A stretch of DNA of 64,000 bases from an uncultured Gammaproteobacteria bacterium (GCA_964503955.1 CAZDCG010000002.1:269047-333046), one strand, 5' to 3'. Shown: positions 26,979 to 37,696, counted from the first letter of the stretch. Notes: generated by a model not told the origin, from the letters alone. Made by a program: numbers and translations.

Positions 26979-28553
26979 CTATTTTTTCATCCCCTTCCCT
27001 CTGAGGAGACGGTGATAGGTGATGGCAAAGCGATGGGCTTCATCGCGGATCCGGCGCAAGAGCAGCAAGCCGGGCTCTTTCTGCGAGAGCTTCATCGGTT
27101 TTTCATTTTCTACACGATAGATTTCTTCTTCGCGTTTGGCAAGGCCGATAACGGGGATGCGCAGATTCAATTCTGTTAAAACATCCCAGGCGGCGTTCAG
27201 CTGCCCTCTCCCGCCATCGATAACAATCAGATTTGGGAGTTCTTTCTTTTCGGCAAGAAGCCTCGTATATCTGCGTCGCACGATTTCCGCCATGGAGGCA
27301 AAATCATCCTGCTGATGAACGGTTTTTATCTTGAACCGGCGGTAATTAGATTTGTCCGGTTCTCCTCCGCGGAATTGGACCATGGACCCCACATTAAACT
27401 GTCCTTGAATGGTTGAAATATCAAAGCACTCGATAACATATGGGATGCCTGTCAAATGCAAATGATCACGCAAATTGATCAAGGCGCGGTCTTCCTGATC
27501 GGTAGCATACAGGAGGTTTTTATAGACAAGATCAAGTAATTTCTTCTGTTCGCCCCGTTGCGGAACAACAATAGACACCTTTTTGCCCTTTAATTTGGTT
27601 AAATAGGCCTGCATCAGCTCATGTTCCTTAAAAAGCCTGGGCACAAGCAGGCGGTCAGGAATGGCATTCGTCTGATAATACTGGCGGACAAAGGATTCAA
27701 TCACTTCCTCCTGTTCTTCAAAGGTAAATTCCTGCTTGCCTGTCACCTGCCCTTTATCAACCTTAAAGAGCTGAACATAGACTTTATCCCCCACGGACAG
27801 CCAATGCATAATATCTTCATCAAACGCACGATGCATGGCCATTTTTTGGCGTTGGGAGAACTGCTTGAGCGATTGTATTTGATCTCGCCGCTGCTTTGCC
27901 TGCTCATATTGCTTATTGGAGGAAAACCCCTTCATTTCCTGTTCCAGGCGCTTGATCACGGATTTTGTTCGTCCCTGCAAAACGGAGACGGCAGCGCTGA
28001 TATTCTGCCCATAGAGCGTTTTTGAGATATTCCCCACGCATGGCGCGTCGCAATTGCCGATATAGAATTGCAGACAGACTGTTCTTGGAAGCTTTGCTCC
28101 GCATGTTCTGACCTTGAAAATGGATCGAAGCAGGCGCGCTGAATTTTCACGGGCCGTACCATCCGTGAACGGTCCAAAATATCGTGCGCCGTCCGGTTCT
28201 TTCTGGCGGACCGTTAGCAATCGGGGAAAATCCTCATTTGTAATTTTCAGGTACGCGTAACGCACCCCGTCTTTCAGATCGATATTATACGGGGGTTTAT
28301 GCTGGCGTATCAGCCTTGACTCAAGAATCAAGGCTTCTACCTCCGTATCCGTGACAAAGAATTCGATATGAGCGATTTCTTTGACGAGCAAGGCTGTTTT
28401 GTCCTGATGCTTCTTGCTGAAATACGAACTTACACGCTTGCGCAGCTGCTTCGCTTTTCCGATATACAGAAGTCTCCCTCGGGCATCTTTATAGAGATAG
28501 ACTCCGGGCTTGATCGGAATTTCTTTGATTTGTTGTTTCAGGACGGACTGCAT
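26979..28553 (-). CDS. uvrC: excinuclease ABC subunit C (no C-terminal HhH domain)
   Basis: GIY-YIG (PGVYLYKD...YIGKAKQLRKRVSSYF), Cys cluster, UVR domain, ECFDIST, DDFASM, IDGGRGQL, RDEAHRFA. Confidence 0.95.
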   Translation of the reverse strand: MQSVLKQQIKEIPIKPGVYLYKDARGRLLYIGKAKQLRKRVSSYFSKKHQDKTALLVKEIAHIEFFVTDTEVEALILESRLIRQHKPPYNIDLKDGVRYAYLKITNEDFPRLLTVRQKEPDGARYFGPFTDGTARENSARLLRSIFKVRTCGAKLPRTVCLQFYIGNCDAPCVGNISKTLYGQNISAAVSVLQGRTKSVIKRLEQEMKGFSSNKQYEQAKQRRDQIQSLKQFSQRQKMAMHRAFDEDIMHWLSVGDKVYVQLFKVDKGQVTGKQEFTFEEQEEVIESFVRQYYQTNAIPDRLLVPRLFKEHELMQAYLTKLKGKKVSIVVPQRGEQKKLLDLVYKNLLYATDQEDRALINLRDHLHLTGIPYVIECFDISTIQGQFNVGSMVQFRGGEPDKSNYRRFKIKTVHQQDDFASMAEIVRRRYTRLLAEKKELPNLIVIDGGRGQLNAAWDVLTELNLRIPVIGLAKREEEIYRVENEKPMKLSQKEPGLLLLRRIRDEAHRFAITYHRLLRGKGMKK

Positions 28554-28603
28554 GCCTGTACCTTGCCTCAAAATGCTCGCAAGGGCAAGGAATAAATGAT
28601 CTG

Positions 28604-31600
28604 CTAGCTTCTGCGCAATCCGATATCTCCTTTCACGCTCTCCCCTTCTTTCTGAATACTGATTTGCGTAGGAAGCGGCTGGCGATCCTTTGGCGCTTCA
28701 ACGATTTCCGATTGAGTGAATCCCGGTTTTTCAGCCTTTAATACATATTTCCCCGGTTCAGGAGCAAAACGGAAACGTCCTTGATAATCCGACAGCCTTG
28801 ATGCAACCACTTTGCCAAAAGCCGGATCAATCAGCTGGAGATTGACCAGCGGCAATGGCGCATTGGTGGCGATATCGTAGACAGTTCCCCAGGCTTTTTC
28901 AGGCTTATGACGCAAGGTAAGCTGAAGCATGAAAAGAAGGATATACGCGGCCGACAAAATCCAGTTGACGGGATTTTCCGGAACAGCTGCCACGACCATC
29001 ACAGAAGCAAGCGATCCAACAAAGAGTAATGGCAAGGCAAGGAATTGACCGGCTTTCTGCAATGAGAGCCAAAGTTTCTTGAAGAGGCTGGCTGTCTGCC
29101 ATTTTTGCTCTGCATTAACAGGATCCATTGGCAGGTCAGGTACAACCAATTCCGTTGTTTGGTCGGTGATATCAACACCTCCCATGTAAACATGATCATA
29201 CTGCCCATCCTGACTGGTTCCAGTAACAATCGACGACGGGAAGGTATATTGCGGCTTTTTCACTTCAATGCGGTATGAACCAGGTTCAAGCAAAGCATCG
29301 TATTTGCCTTGTTTGTCCGTCACAAAGGTGGAAACGAGACGTTCTGAAGCACCGTCTTTCTTGTATAAGCGGACAATCGCCAAAGCAAGCGGATCTTTCG
29401 TGATAGCATCATACGCGATGCCGAAGAATCGCTGCTGCCCTTTCTTCCTTCTTCCCACTAGACCAACAAGATACGTGATCGCGTGATAGAGCAAGGTTGG
29501 CAAGTACGGAAGGTATCCCCACAAAGGAGCCGACGAGATGACAACCACGGGAGCGGCAACGGCTAATGTCTGCTGGATTTCTTCTTCTCGTTGTTCAACA
29601 ACGCGCTGCACTTCCTTGGTCACTGTCTTGATAGCCGTAACAAGCTCGCTTGAAGAAACAACGGTTTCAAAATCCGTTTGTACCTCTCCTTCTTTGGCGA
29701 TTGTCAGGGTGAATTCTCCTACTTGCACGCGCTCACTGCGCAAATCACCGGCCACGGCAATCGCCTCTACGCTGACACGCAAAGGTTCACCCGGTTGAGC
29801 TCCAAGCTGCTGAGCGCTGACATAAGCCTGCCAGACTCCGTTTGTATCGCTGACGGCCGATACGCTGATGAGTCCGTTGAAAATGAGGGTCACAACAGAA
29901 TTCGGCTCGCTTGTGCTTCCTGAGAATGCGATGCCTTCTTCCTGCTGATCAGCAAGTCCGTCAATCAGGACGGTCCGCGAGTCGTCTGTAACTTCAATAT
30001 TGAAGCTTTGACCATCGGTTGAAACGGTGGTTTGCGCGGGGCTTGGCATTGACGGACTTTGCGGCTCCGGCTGATTCAAAGAATCAATAAGCTGCTGCAA
30101 ATATTGCGGTGAAAGGCCGTCCTCTGTTGGTTCTGGGATTGGCCGAGGAAGTACCTCAGGCTGAGATTCAGGTTCCTGATCTGGTTCCGGTTCGTTCTTC
30201 GGCGTGATCAATGAAGCAATATCGACCTCAAAGTCTGCAATATTGCTGTAAATGGGTTCGGTGATTCCGGCATGATTCACGCTTGCCTGCAGCTGGATAA
30301 GAGGATTTGCCTGGGCAAGGACAGCGCTCGCTTCACTTGCCGAGAAATCATGCAAGAGAGCTGCGGTATCCAAGGCAATCTCAAATCGGATTGCGTGAGA
30401 TTGTCCCGGCTCAAGCATTGCCCAAGAGGCAGAGATGCCGTTTTGATTCGCCAGTCCGGGATCAGCTGCACCGGTTTCAGAACTTAAAGTACCATCGACT
30501 CTCAATGAACGGGGCGTATAGCTCACGTATTTAGGCAATGGAACATTTAGAATCACCTGATGAGCGTTCTTTGCGCCAGCATTACGAACGGAAGCTTCAA
30601 CAAGAATGCTCTGATGCGGCACAACAATGCCAGGTAGCTCATTTTCTGAAAGCGTCATCAAACGAATAGTCGGCAAGACGACGATCTCATCAGCCGACAA
30701 GGCTGGAATATGGATCATGCTGCTCCAGTCCGTGATCACGCCGTCAGCATTTCTGGCTCGCACACGCACTGAATACTCTTGGTCACCTTCAAGATTGCTA
30801 AAGGTATGGCTTGTCGTCTGAATCCAGTCTGATAATTGTGCTTGTGTCTGGCCGAGTACCGATACAAGCTCGAATTGAATAGCGCTTTGATTTGTCGTCA
30901 GATTGTTTATTGCTTCAACAACGGAAACCTCTACATTTGTATCCGTGCGAGAAGTTACTATCGGTGTTGGCTCAGGCATCCAAGTATAAACGTCAGGATA
31001 TACTCCGCTAGGAGTTCCCATGGATGATCCCAGATACGCAGCGATCTTGCGACCAGATATGAGTGTGTTGTGCCCCAATCCTTCTTCAGTTAATTGACGG
31101 GCCTGTGGCGAAGCAATCGTCGCAATGATTCGATTTTGAGCATCAAGCAGGTGAAACCCCTCGTGATTTGATCCCGCATAACTCCATTCATATTGCACGC
31201 GGTCATGGCTCAGCACGGTTGCCTCACCAAGATTCGGAATGTTCAAAGACTGGTGTTGAATGACCTGAGCTGGTGTCCCCTGACTCGATGAAGGTGGCGT
31301 TGCTCCATCTGGATAGTAAATTCGCGTTATGTATCCGTCTTCAGCGGACGTGGAAGCGATCTGATCACTGAACGGAGTTCCGGTTTGTGAAAGGGATGGA
31401 TATGCAGCTGATTCCAGATCTGAGTCGATTGTCTCTGAAGCGAAATAAATATTGTCACCTTCGATGATAAGCGAAGAGGCTACCTGCGCATCGCCAATTC
31501 GCGTTCCGTAAACCAAATCGGAACTTCCATTGCCATCTAGACTGAAACGGAGCAAACCAAATCCATCCTGATTGATATTGTTGCTGTAAGCACCGGCTGT

Positions 31601-34600
31601 AATTGGGAAGGTCGCATCGATTACTCTCAGCATGTACAAATCATCATTTCTTAAGAAGGCGGAGCTGCAGTTGCCTCCGTAGGAGCCATACACAAGATCA
31701 GCCGCGCCATTTCCGCCCGGATCGAGAACAAACATGTAACCATCGTCATCCGAAGTTGATTTATACGCGCCAGCCGTGATTGTCATGTCTCCGGAACCAT
31801 TGCTTCCACATCCGTAGATGTGCCCGGTAGATTCATGATGAATTACCGCCATAACAACCTCCTGATCGTTCCCCCCCATAAAGGTCGAATAGAGAAGGTC
31901 TGATGATCCGTTCCCGGAAGGATCCAGAACAGAAACAACCCCTTCGGTCCCAAACCCGGCTTTGACGGTATCAAACGCGCCAACGGTAACAGGATACGAA
32001 CCAGTATCTGAATACCCCGCCAGGTAGACAATGCCGTCATGGACATCAATACTTCTTAAAGCTTCAAATCCGCCTCCGCCCAAATATGTGGAGTATAAGA
32101 GATCATTTGCGCCGTTTCCGGCCAGATCAAGAACCATCACATAGAAGTCGATGCTGCCGTTTTGAGTAGTATCATAAGCTCCAGCCGTAGTGGGAAGATT
32201 CAATTGTGCAGGGCCGACTGCATACACAAGACCGTTTTCCACTCGAATTTCATCTCCTCCGATGATCCCGCGAGGCATAAGCCTTGTTGAATACTCCAAA
32301 ACAGATGCGTCGTTGTTGAAACGAAGGATAAATGCACCCGCATCCGCTGTGTTATCGAACGGAACTCCGCCTCCGTCCGCAATATATGGAATATCTGTTG
32401 AATGAGTCTCTCCAATGAGATAAATCTTGTCATCAGCAAAATCAAGAGAATTCAAGAGTGTTGTAGCATTTCCACCAAAGTAAGTTGCAAACTGCAAATC
32501 TCCGGCTCCGTTGCCATCAAGACTGAAGGCAGCGACATAAGAGTGGTCCGTACTATCGAACGTCTCATCATAAACTCCGGCAGTAACTGGAAAATCTACT
32601 GAGTCCGTTGATCCTGCTACGTAGACAATTCCATTCTCAACATCAAAACCGTTGACGGAATCACCCGCGCTTCCTCCAAAATAGGTTGAATAGTTTAGAT
32701 AAGGGGCGCCAGAATCCTGGATAAAACTTCCCATCGTCGTCCAATCAGATTGCGTTGTGCCGTTGTCATTTCGCGCGCACCAGTACTTTATTCCGTTCGA
32801 CAACGTGCTTACTCGCAAATACGTTATTGCATTCTTCGTGTTTGTGGCAGAGCTTGTCCCAGAGGCTTCTATATTTACATTTGCAAGACAATCCGCCGCG
32901 CTTCCACTGGAAACACGGAATTGCGTCGTACCCGTGAGCACCGAGTGAGTATAGTTAGACGCTAATATCACTACCCCTGCGCGAGTGGCCCCTTCATCTG
33001 GATAAACACGCGTCGGGGCTTCGGGAGGAACGGTCGCCGGGTCTAGTTCCGAATCAACCTCAAAGGAGATGAAAAAGGCTTCTGTTCCGCCATTGGCAAC
33101 AACGTCATAGGCATCACCACCGGTTGCAAAGGCAACAAAATCAGCAGAGTTGGTAATACCAGCCAGGGACAAATTTACCCCGTCATAATGCAGGGAATAA
33201 ACGGAATCTGCGCCCTCCCCGTCTAATTGAGTCGAAAAAGTCAGATCGTTTTGCCCATTGCCGGACGGATCCAGGATAGCCAAGAAGGCAGCGGAATCCG
33301 TGATGGATTCACCCGTCGATGTTACAAAATCGGAGCTGTTGGTTTCCCCTGCAATCGCAATGGAACCGGACGGTAATACCACGATTCCGTACGCGGCTTC
33401 ATCGGCGTCTCCGCCTATGAACGTTGAATACACTAAATCGTCGCCGCCATTGGAAGAAGGATCGATGATCACCGCGACTGCTTCAGAATTGCCGTTAAAT
33501 GATGAGCTGTACGCACCGGCTGTCGTTGGAAAGTTAGTTGAGTTGGTTAAGCCGGCAATATAGGCGATTCCTTGATCCACCTCCAGATCAAGCATGTCTT
33601 CATTGTCATCGCCTCCTAAGAAAGTTGAATATACCAGATCCCCCGACCCGTTGCCCGAAGGATCAATAATGGTAAGCGTGTCATCAAAAGGCCCGCCGCC
33701 ATAGGTGGTCTGCATCGCCTGGGCAGTCGTCGGAAAATTTGAATCGGTCGTGTAGCCAAGAATATACGCGTTGCCAGAATCAACCTCCACATCAACCGCG
33801 TCACTGGAACCGGTGCCAGTTCCAACGATGGTAGCGTACTGCAAATCAGCTGCTCCGTTACCATCAGGACTTATCAGGGCCAAAAAGATATCCGTCATCC
33901 CGTTTGCAGACTCATCATAGGCGCCGGATGTCGTCGGAAAGTCACTGCTTAGAGTAGAACCGGCGACGTAAATAATCCCACCGCCTACGTCAATTCCTCC
34001 AATATAATCGTCTTCTGCTAGCGTCCCCCCAATATACGTTGAATAGAGAAGATTCGAACCATCGGCCGCGAGACGGAATACAAATCCATCAAGAGCACCG
34101 GCATCGCTTGTAGAATCATATGCGCCAAGGCTTGTTGGAAAGTCGGCGGACGCGGTTGTACCGGCCGCGTAGACCTCGCCAGCAACAACTTTTATGCGAA
34201 GACTGCGGTGATCTCCAAAAGGTGATGCTGCATCCGTATCGGTACCGCCGATATACGTTGCATAGATCAAATCAGCATCCCCAGCCCCATCCGGCGAGAT
34301 TTTTGCGACGAACACATCGTTTGTACCGGCTAAAGATGTATCGTACGCCCCAAGTGTTGCGGGAAAATCAGCGGATGCTGTGCCGCCTGACACATAGATA
34401 TCTCCGCCCTCGACCGATATTGCGCTTGCCCAGTCATCATCCGAACCGCCTAAAAACGTTGAGTAGCTTACCCCGGCAGGGTGCAATAAATTTACCGTGA
34501 ACTCGCCCATTGAGGTCCAATCAGTCTGTTCCGTGCCATTGTCGTTGCGCGCGCACCAATAGTAGGTTTCACCATGAACAAGCCCGGAGGCTTCAAAGGT

Positions 34601-37600
34601 CGTTGGCTGATCCAATGATTCTGTGACGGCGCTTGTACCAAAATCAACAATATCAACACCGTTCACGCAATTAACCAACGAAGAGCTGCTGATTCTGTAT
34701 TCAGTGGTGCCCGTTTGAGCAGAATCTGTATACCAGGCGGAAAGGACAGGAGTTGATCTTGTGACCACAACCTGATCTTGCGGATAAATAATAAGCGGAT
34801 CCTGAAGCCCCTGCGCAGCGATGCGATACGCGACAAATTCACCTGTTGACGCGCGGTAGCCGGTTACATAGGCAAGGCTCGGGTCAATTGCGTCAATCGC
34901 ACTGTAAAACCCGGCCTCCGAATCGTCTCCATCAGGCTCGATATGAGTTGTGATATCCCAGGTATCACCGCCGTCTATCGAGAAAAAATATTGGAAGTCT
35001 AGATTGTTAGGAGCGGCTGCAAAGATATGGTCCGCGTCAGTCGCATCGATAGAAGGCCATTCAAAGAATCCCCCGGTACTGTCAATCACGCTGGTTTCCC
35101 ATGTCGCTCCTCCATCCGTTGTCTTCGCAAACATCAATGTTTGATCGGTATCATTTGTATAAACAGCATAAGCCGTAAGCTCGTCGATAACTTTGATCGC
35201 ATGTCCAAAACCGACATCTCCAACCGTATCAACATCGTTCAGAGTCCAGTTTGCGCCTCCATTGGTCGTTACAGCGGATTGGAGATCGCCATCCAAATCG
35301 TCACGATACAAAAGATAGATCGTGTTTTCATCAAATGCGTCGATCGCGTGCGGTGAGGTAATGTAGCCTGGCCCGACGGCGACCTCGGTTAAATCTCCGC
35401 CTGCATTTGTGGTAGACGTCACGTAAACCTGCCCATCCGCCTGTTTTGAATACGCAACAAAGAACGTATTGTCATCCACAACCGTAATGGCAGTATAGGA
35501 ATCAACATCATCGTCTTCATGTATGCCGATATAGGAGTCATCCGTTGTCCAAACCCAAACCTCGCTTAAAGGCCCGCCTCCGTCCCACGCATATGAAATA
35601 TAAGCAGTTCCGGAAGCAGTCGCGTCGATAGAGGTTGCGAAAACATCTGCATCAAAATCGAATTGATCCCAGGAGAATCCCCCGTTTTCAGAGAAGGCAA
35701 AGTATCCTTGACCGTTGTCTTCATCACGATAAGACGCGTAAAGATTATCCTCGTCGATCGCGACCATATCACTATCCGTCCCCGCGATATTGCCTCGTTG
35801 ATCAATGACAACTTCCGTCCAATTGCTTGTATCGATAGGGGTGGTATTTGTTTCATTCGACACGTCTCCCGTCCCAATCGCGTTTACCGCATAAACGACA
35901 AAGGTGTAATCGATGCCATTCACAAGGCCTGTTACGGTCGATTCCGGGATATCGCTGATACCGTCATCAAATACAGTGGCATTGCCCGGCCAGCCAGATG
36001 TTTCTCCGTATTCTATTACGTAATCTGTTATTGGTGATCCCCCGTCATTAGGCTCTGACCAGGTCAAGACTGCTTTACCGTTTCCAGGAGCGCCATCCAA
36101 ATCCGTGATAGCGGCGGGTGCGAATTGTCCTCCCATCCAGATTTCAAACGTTCCGGGCGCGCCCTCATGGATAGAAACCATGTCTAGCACACCATTTTTA
36201 TCCAAGTCCGCAAGCGCAGCATCAGTGCCGTGTTCTGCAACAGGAATCTGCCCTTTTGCGGAAAAATCAGGTGCCGCAGCAGAGTTGTTTAGTAAAATTT
36301 CATACCAACCATCGTTGAAACCGGGATTTGTGAATGCAACGATATCGGGATCATCGTCTCCATCAAGATCCCCTGATATGATCTCGCGGATACCATCGTT
36401 AAAAATGACATCAGGCTGAGACCAGGTAAATGAAGCACTCCCGTCGTTGGTACCAAAACTCAATGCGTCATTGGCAATGAGAAAATGATTGAAATCATCA
36501 GCGAGCAGGAACTGGTCCACAACAACATGATCCGTTGTTCCGAAATTGGCATCCGTTGAGTTGAAAGCAAAATTCGCGCTCCCGTCATTAAGCAAATATC
36601 CAACAGCATCGGTTGTCGCTCCCCCTTCGATAATGAGGTCAAGATCGTAGTCATTATCAAGATCAGCGGCATAGATCTCCAAAGAGGATGCCGTTACGGC
36701 ATAAGCCGCATCATATACCAGCTGGCTGCCATTATTGAGAAAGACAATGACATTTCCTGAAAAATACTGACTCACGGCAAAATCCATGAGCCCGTCTCCA
36801 TTGAAATCACCGGCAGCAACATCACCGAATGATACGTTATTCCCGCCCAGATCCACGGTCATCTCTGAATTGAAGTTCCCGCTGCCATCGTTCAAATGAA
36901 TTTCAATATCATTGCTTAAGTGAACGAAGATGATATCTAAATAGTCATCATCATTCATTGGAGCCAGTGAGATGTTGCGACCCTGAAGCCCCGGCTCTGA
37001 TATCACGATATCCACGGGAGAAGCAAAACCGCCAAGCCCGTCGCCAAGCCAGCGTTCCAGCCCTCCATTCATGTTAGAGATCACAAGGTCGAGATTGCCG
37101 TCTCCGTTCAAATCTCCTAATTTTACGTCGCTTGGACGCACGCCAAGACTTTGATCATTGTTGAACAATGTAGAGGAAGCATGTCCGAAATTCGCAAAAC
37201 CATTAGGCACGTTGACGGTATAGGTGAAGATATACGGGCCGTCTAACGGATCTCCCGTGGCGGCGGACAGGATCGCATTCGTAAGGGTGACGCTTACTTT
37301 TTCCCCTGCAAAATCAAATCCATCAGTTGGAGTAAACTGAACGGTTGTGTCTCCATTGCTGAACGCAAAATTTCCCAAGCTTCTGCGTCCCGTCTGGTTT
37401 CCAATCACCACAAAACTATCAGCCGTAATACTTGCCTGATCGACTGCTTCAGAAAAATCAACCGTGATGGGTGAATTGAAAGCAACACCGTTCGCGTGCA
37501 ATGACGGGGTGGTCGAAACAACAGATGGAATACCGGCGACAAAGACGGATGCCCTGACTCCAACTGCTTTATCGGATTGATATTGAGCAAGAAAGTATGA

Positions 37601-37660
37601 TGAGCATGCCAACAGAACGACAATAAACAGACTCGCTGTAAGAGCAAAGTATTTTCTCAT
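28604..37660 (-). CDS. Giant surface protein A (3018 aa): Ig-like, FG-GAP/VCBS propeller, Fn3, Asp-box propeller, 2 SBBP propellers, Fn3 pair, DUF11-like, conserved C-terminal membrane module
   Basis: 9 kb ORF with an N-terminal hydrophobic helix, DLNGDGNLDL/GDFNGDGLMD repeats, LTWSEPNDGGSPITDY Fn3, TTDGGATW Asp-boxes, YSTFLGG..D...G.T.S.DFP repeats. Confidence 0.9.
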   Translation of the reverse strand: MRKYFALTASLFIVVLLACSSYFLAQYQSDKAVGVRASVFVAGIPSVVSTTPSLHANGVAFNSPITVDFSEAVDQASITADSFVVIGNQTGRRSLGNFAFSNGDTTVQFTPTDGFDFAGEKVSVTLTNAILSAATGDPLDGPYIFTYTVNVPNGFANFGHASSTLFNNDQSLGVRPSDVKLGDLNGDGNLDLVISNMNGGLERWLGDGLGGFASPVDIVISEPGLQGRNISLAPMNDDDYLDIIFVHLSNDIEIHLNDGSGNFNSEMTVDLGGNNVSFGDVAAGDFNGDGLMDFAVSQYFSGNVIVFLNNGSQLVYDAAYAVTASSLEIYAADLDNDYDLDLIIEGGATTDAVGYLLNDGSANFAFNSTDANFGTTDHVVVDQFLLADDFNHFLIANDALSFGTNDGSASFTWSQPDVIFNDGIREIISGDLDGDDDPDIVAFTNPGFNDGWYEILLNNSAAAPDFSAKGQIPVAEHGTDAALADLDKNGVLDMVSIHEGAPGTFEIWMGGQFAPAAITDLDGAPGNGKAVLTWSEPNDGGSPITDYVIEYGETSGWPGNATVFDDGISDIPESTVTGLVNGIDYTFVVYAVNAIGTGDVSNETNTTPIDTSNWTEVVIDQRGNIAGTDSDMVAIDEDNLYASYRDEDNGQGYFAFSENGGFSWDQFDFDADVFATSIDATASGTAYISYAWDGGGPLSEVWVWTTDDSYIGIHEDDDVDSYTAITVVDDNTFFVAYSKQADGQVYVTSTTNAGGDLTEVAVGPGYITSPHAIDAFDENTIYLLYRDDLDGDLQSAVTTNGGANWTLNDVDTVGDVGFGHAIKVIDELTAYAVYTNDTDQTLMFAKTTDGGATWETSVIDSTGGFFEWPSIDATDADHIFAAAPNNLDFQYFFSIDGGDTWDITTHIEPDGDDSEAGFYSAIDAIDPSLAYVTGYRASTGEFVAYRIAAQGLQDPLIIYPQDQVVVTRSTPVLSAWYTDSAQTGTTEYRISSSSLVNCVNGVDIVDFGTSAVTESLDQPTTFEASGLVHGETYYWCARNDNGTEQTDWTSMGEFTVNLLHPAGVSYSTFLGGSDDDWASAISVEGGDIYVSGGTASADFPATLGAYDTSLAGTNDVFVAKISPDGAGDADLIYATYIGGTDTDAASPFGDHRSLRIKVVAGEVYAAGTTASADFPTSLGAYDSTSDAGALDGFVFRLAADGSNLLYSTYIGGTLAEDDYIGGIDVGGGIIYVAGSTLSSDFPTTSGAYDESANGMTDIFLALISPDGNGAADLQYATIVGTGTGSSDAVDVEVDSGNAYILGYTTDSNFPTTAQAMQTTYGGGPFDDTLTIIDPSGNGSGDLVYSTFLGGDDNEDMLDLEVDQGIAYIAGLTNSTNFPTTAGAYSSSFNGNSEAVAVIIDPSSNGGDDLVYSTFIGGDADEAAYGIVVLPSGSIAIAGETNSSDFVTSTGESITDSAAFLAILDPSGNGQNDLTFSTQLDGEGADSVYSLHYDGVNLSLAGITNSADFVAFATGGDAYDVVANGGTEAFFISFEVDSELDPATVPPEAPTRVYPDEGATRAGVVILASNYTHSVLTGTTQFRVSSGSAADCLANVNIEASGTSSATNTKNAITYLRVSTLSNGIKYWCARNDNGTTQSDWTTMGSFIQDSGAPYLNYSTYFGGSAGDSVNGFDVENGIVYVAGSTDSVDFPVTAGVYDETFDSTDHSYVAAFSLDGNGAGDLQFATYFGGNATTLLNSLDFADDKIYLIGETHSTDIPYIADGGGVPFDNTADAGAFILRFNNDASVLEYSTRLMPRGIIGGDEIRVENGLVYAVGPAQLNLPTTAGAYDTTQNGSIDFYVMVLDLAGNGANDLLYSTYLGGGGFEALRSIDVHDGIVYLAGYSDTGSYPVTVGAFDTVKAGFGTEGVVSVLDPSGNGSSDLLYSTFMGGNDQEVVMAVIHHESTGHIYGCGSNGSGDMTITAGAYKSTSDDDGYMFVLDPGGNGAADLVYGSYGGNCSSAFLRNDDLYMLRVIDATFPITAGAYSNNINQDGFGLLRFSLDGNGSSDLVYGTRIGDAQVASSLIIEGDNIYFASETIDSDLESAAYPSLSQTGTPFSDQIASTSAEDGYITRIYYPDGATPPSSSQGTPAQVIQHQSLNIPNLGEATVLSHDRVQYEWSYAGSNHEGFHLLDAQNRIIATIASPQARQLTEEGLGHNTLISGRKIAAYLGSSMGTPSGVYPDVYTWMPEPTPIVTSRTDTNVEVSVVEAINNLTTNQSAIQFELVSVLGQTQAQLSDWIQTTSHTFSNLEGDQEYSVRVRARNADGVITDWSSMIHIPALSADEIVVLPTIRLMTLSENELPGIVVPHQSILVEASVRNAGAKNAHQVILNVPLPKYVSYTPRSLRVDGTLSSETGAADPGLANQNGISASWAMLEPGQSHAIRFEIALDTAALLHDFSASEASAVLAQANPLIQLQASVNHAGITEPIYSNIADFEVDIASLITPKNEPEPDQEPESQPEVLPRPIPEPTEDGLSPQYLQQLIDSLNQPEPQSPSMPSPAQTTVSTDGQSFNIEVTDDSRTVLIDGLADQQEEGIAFSGSTSEPNSVVTLIFNGLISVSAVSDTNGVWQAYVSAQQLGAQPGEPLRVSVEAIAVAGDLRSERVQVGEFTLTIAKEGEVQTDFETVVSSSELVTAIKTVTKEVQRVVEQREEEIQQTLAVAAPVVVISSAPLWGYLPYLPTLLYHAITYLVGLVGRRKKGQQRFFGIAYDAITKDPLALAIVRLYKKDGASERLVSTFVTDKQGKYDALLEPGSYRIEVKKPQYTFPSSIVTGTSQDGQYDHVYMGGVDITDQTTELVVPDLPMDPVNAEQKWQTASLFKKLWLSLQKAGQFLALPLLFVGSLASVMVVAAVPENPVNWILSAAYILLFMLQLTLRHKPEKAWGTVYDIATNAPLPLVNLQLIDPAFGKVVASRLSDYQGRFRFAPEPGKYVLKAEKPGFTQSEIVEAPKDRQPLPTQISIQKEGESVKGDIGLRRS

Positions 37661-37696
37661 AGATCGCGGCCTTCAAAGATCATGCATTACAAATTC

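Noticed and set aside
5870-28571. Long N-terminal extensions given by the ORF track for serS, the hydrolase, mrdA, the GT2s, frr and uvrC
   Set aside because: The extensions overlap upstream genes or promoters and lack family similarity, so downstream ATGs matching the family N-termini were used.
29440-29560. LPYLPT as a sortase LPxTG signal
   Set aside because: There is no LPxTG match, the motif lies inside the hydrophobic segment, and about 290 residues follow it.
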